The notes below the pieces were generated by a model, which made no database searches, had not been told where the DNA came from, and saw only the letters and a program-made list of their open reading frames with translations. A DNA stretch of 48,487 nt from Candidatus Saccharimonadota bacterium (GTDB lineage Bacteria > Patescibacteriota > Saccharimonadia > Saccharimonadales > UBA7683). Position 1 is the stretch's first letter. Each line of letters begins with the position of its first letter. Below are positions 47,333 through 48,487 of this stretch, in pieces. The DNA is taken from positions 1 through 48,487 of the forward strand of contig DAIUJM010000002.1 in the NCBI GenBank assembly GCA_036848695.1. Reading direction: 5' to 3'. Made by a program: the position numbers and the translations under genes.

Positions 47333-47426
47333 ATATGGTACAATACCTTTGATGATTGTGACACGAAAAATTTTCTTTTTTAGCTTTTTTGAAACCCGCT
47401 AAGCGAGGAACTTTTTGTCACATATA

Positions 47427-47454
47427 AAACCCTCGCAAAACGGCGAGGTTTTTT
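47427..47454 (+). terminator. intrinsic terminator
   Basis: cctcgc-aaaacg-gcgagg followed by tttttt. Confidence 0.6.
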
Positions 47455-47483
47455 CATTAGAATTAAGGTAGAATATAAGATAT

Positions 47484-48487
47484 ATGGAAGAAATTCAGAA
47501 AACTAAAGAACTATTGTTGCAAAGACTCGAAAACCTTGAGTCTAAGCAAGCTATTCTGCGCGCGCCGGAACTCCGGGCTTTGTACGGCAAAATTAAAGAA
47601 CAGCCAGAAGAACAGCGCAGTGCTTTTGGTCAGGCAATTAATGAATTGAAACAGGAATTAGAAAATCTTGTAGGCGATTCACGAACCACGAACCACGAAC
47701 AACGAAAATCGATTGATGTTACAGCACCGTTTGATGTAAATACTAAGTTACCAGAGCTGATAACAACTGAAAACGGCACTACACACCCGATTACAAAAGA
47801 AATTGAAAAGATCTGTGATATTTTTTGCCGCATGGGTTTTGAGGTTTCTGAATCTCGCGAGATTGATGATGAATACCATATGTTTACCAGCCTTAACTTT
47901 CCGGAAGGTCACCCAGCGCGCGACGATTACGATACTTTCATGACCGAAGAAGGGTTTGTGGCCCCGGCCCACACCTCTACCATGCAAAACCGTATTATGA
48001 GTGCGCGTAAAGAAAAGCTTGAAAATGGTGAACCGATTGCAGTTTTAGCGGTTGATAGAGTATTTAGAAACGAAGATCTAGATGCAAGACACGAACACAC
48101 CTTTCACCAGGCTGAGGGTATATACCTTGGCAAAAACATCACGGTTGGTAACTTGGTTGCTACGCTCAAAACATTCCTGACAACGTATTTTGGTAAAGAA
48201 GTGCAAACTAAAATCACACCGTTCTACTTTCCGTTTACCGAACCAAGTTTTGAATTTTCACTTTCGTGTCCGTTCTGCAAAGAAGGCGAAGACTGCCGAG
48301 TTTGTAGCTCAGAGCGATGGATAGAACTGCTCGGTTGCGGCATGATTCACCCCAATGTATTAATAGAAGCTGGCATAGACCCAGAAAAATACACAGGCTT
48401 TGCTTGGGGTTGTGGTATCGAACGCCTCGTCATGATGCGCTATAACATAGAAGATATCCGCCACTTCAACAGTGGTAAATTAGCATT
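47484..48487 (+). CDS. pheS: phenylalanine--tRNA ligase alpha subunit (partial, runs off the window)
   Basis: Hand translation from ATG 47484 gives an N-terminal coiled coil, then FPEGHPARD, FRNEDLDARHEHTFHQAEG and GFAWGCGIERLVMM class II motifs. No stop before the window end. Confidence 0.9.
   Translation, partial: MEEIQKTKELLLQRLENLESKQAILRAPELRALYGKIKEQPEEQRSAFGQAINELKQELENLVGDSRTTNHEQRKSIDVTAPFDVNTKLPELITTENGTTHPITKEIEKICDIFCRMGFEVSESREIDDEYHMFTSLNFPEGHPARDDYDTFMTEEGFVAPAHTSTMQNRIMSARKEKLENGEPIAVLAVDRVFRNEDLDARHEHTFHQAEGIYLGKNITVGNLVATLKTFLTTYFGKEVQTKITPFYFPFTEPSFEFSLSCPFCKEGEDCRVCSSERWIELLGCGMIHPNVLIEAGIDPEKYTGFAWGCGIERLVMMRYNIEDIRHFNSGKLA

Noticed and set aside
47333-47483. T-box or other leader upstream of pheS.
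   Set aside because: I could not find the conserved T-box sequence or a specifier-loop layout. The clear hairpin plus T-run at 47427-47454 is better explained as the terminator of the preceding gene.

Overview
Bacterial chromosomal window of 48.5 kb, read with the standard genetic code. About 60 genes are tightly packed on both strands. Housekeeping genes I recognise: tRNA-Gln(CUG), rarA, typA/bipA, metK, radC, rmuC, yajQ, pheS (runs off the 3' end), type II NADH dehydrogenase, and two ABC-2 exporter sets. The compact proteins, many small membrane-anchored hypotheticals, leaderless-type promoters and dense hairpin repeats suggest a reduced-genome lineage such as Patescibacteria/CPR; this is inference only. 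The most unusual stretch is about 16.0-26.7 kb, which looks like a defence/stress island. It holds a zeta-toxin-like P-loop kinase and a translationally coupled string radC - NYN(LabA-like) nuclease - type I R-M (hsdR split by a frameshift, then hsdM and hsdS). It also holds a KTSC protein, a Cys/His-rich mini-protein, and a LexA-like S24 peptidase coupled to a DUF2130-type Zn-ribbon/coiled-coil protein. Other notable items: (1) a three-copy hybrid junction repeat built around the 3' end of tRNA-Gln (1-4262); (2) a 60-90 nt hairpin-repeat family with GTCATCC...GGATGAC ends, one copy inserted in frame in a ferredoxin-reductase-like gene; (3) a 45-nt tandem repeat with an apparent empty-site copy; (4) an SD-sequestering leader upstream of metK; (5) a NOX/ferric-reductase-type haem-flavoprotein next to a Fur-family regulator and a ZIP transporter. 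No CRISPR array, rRNA, integrase or transposase was seen. All product calls rest on motifs read by eye from the translations; no database search was possible.
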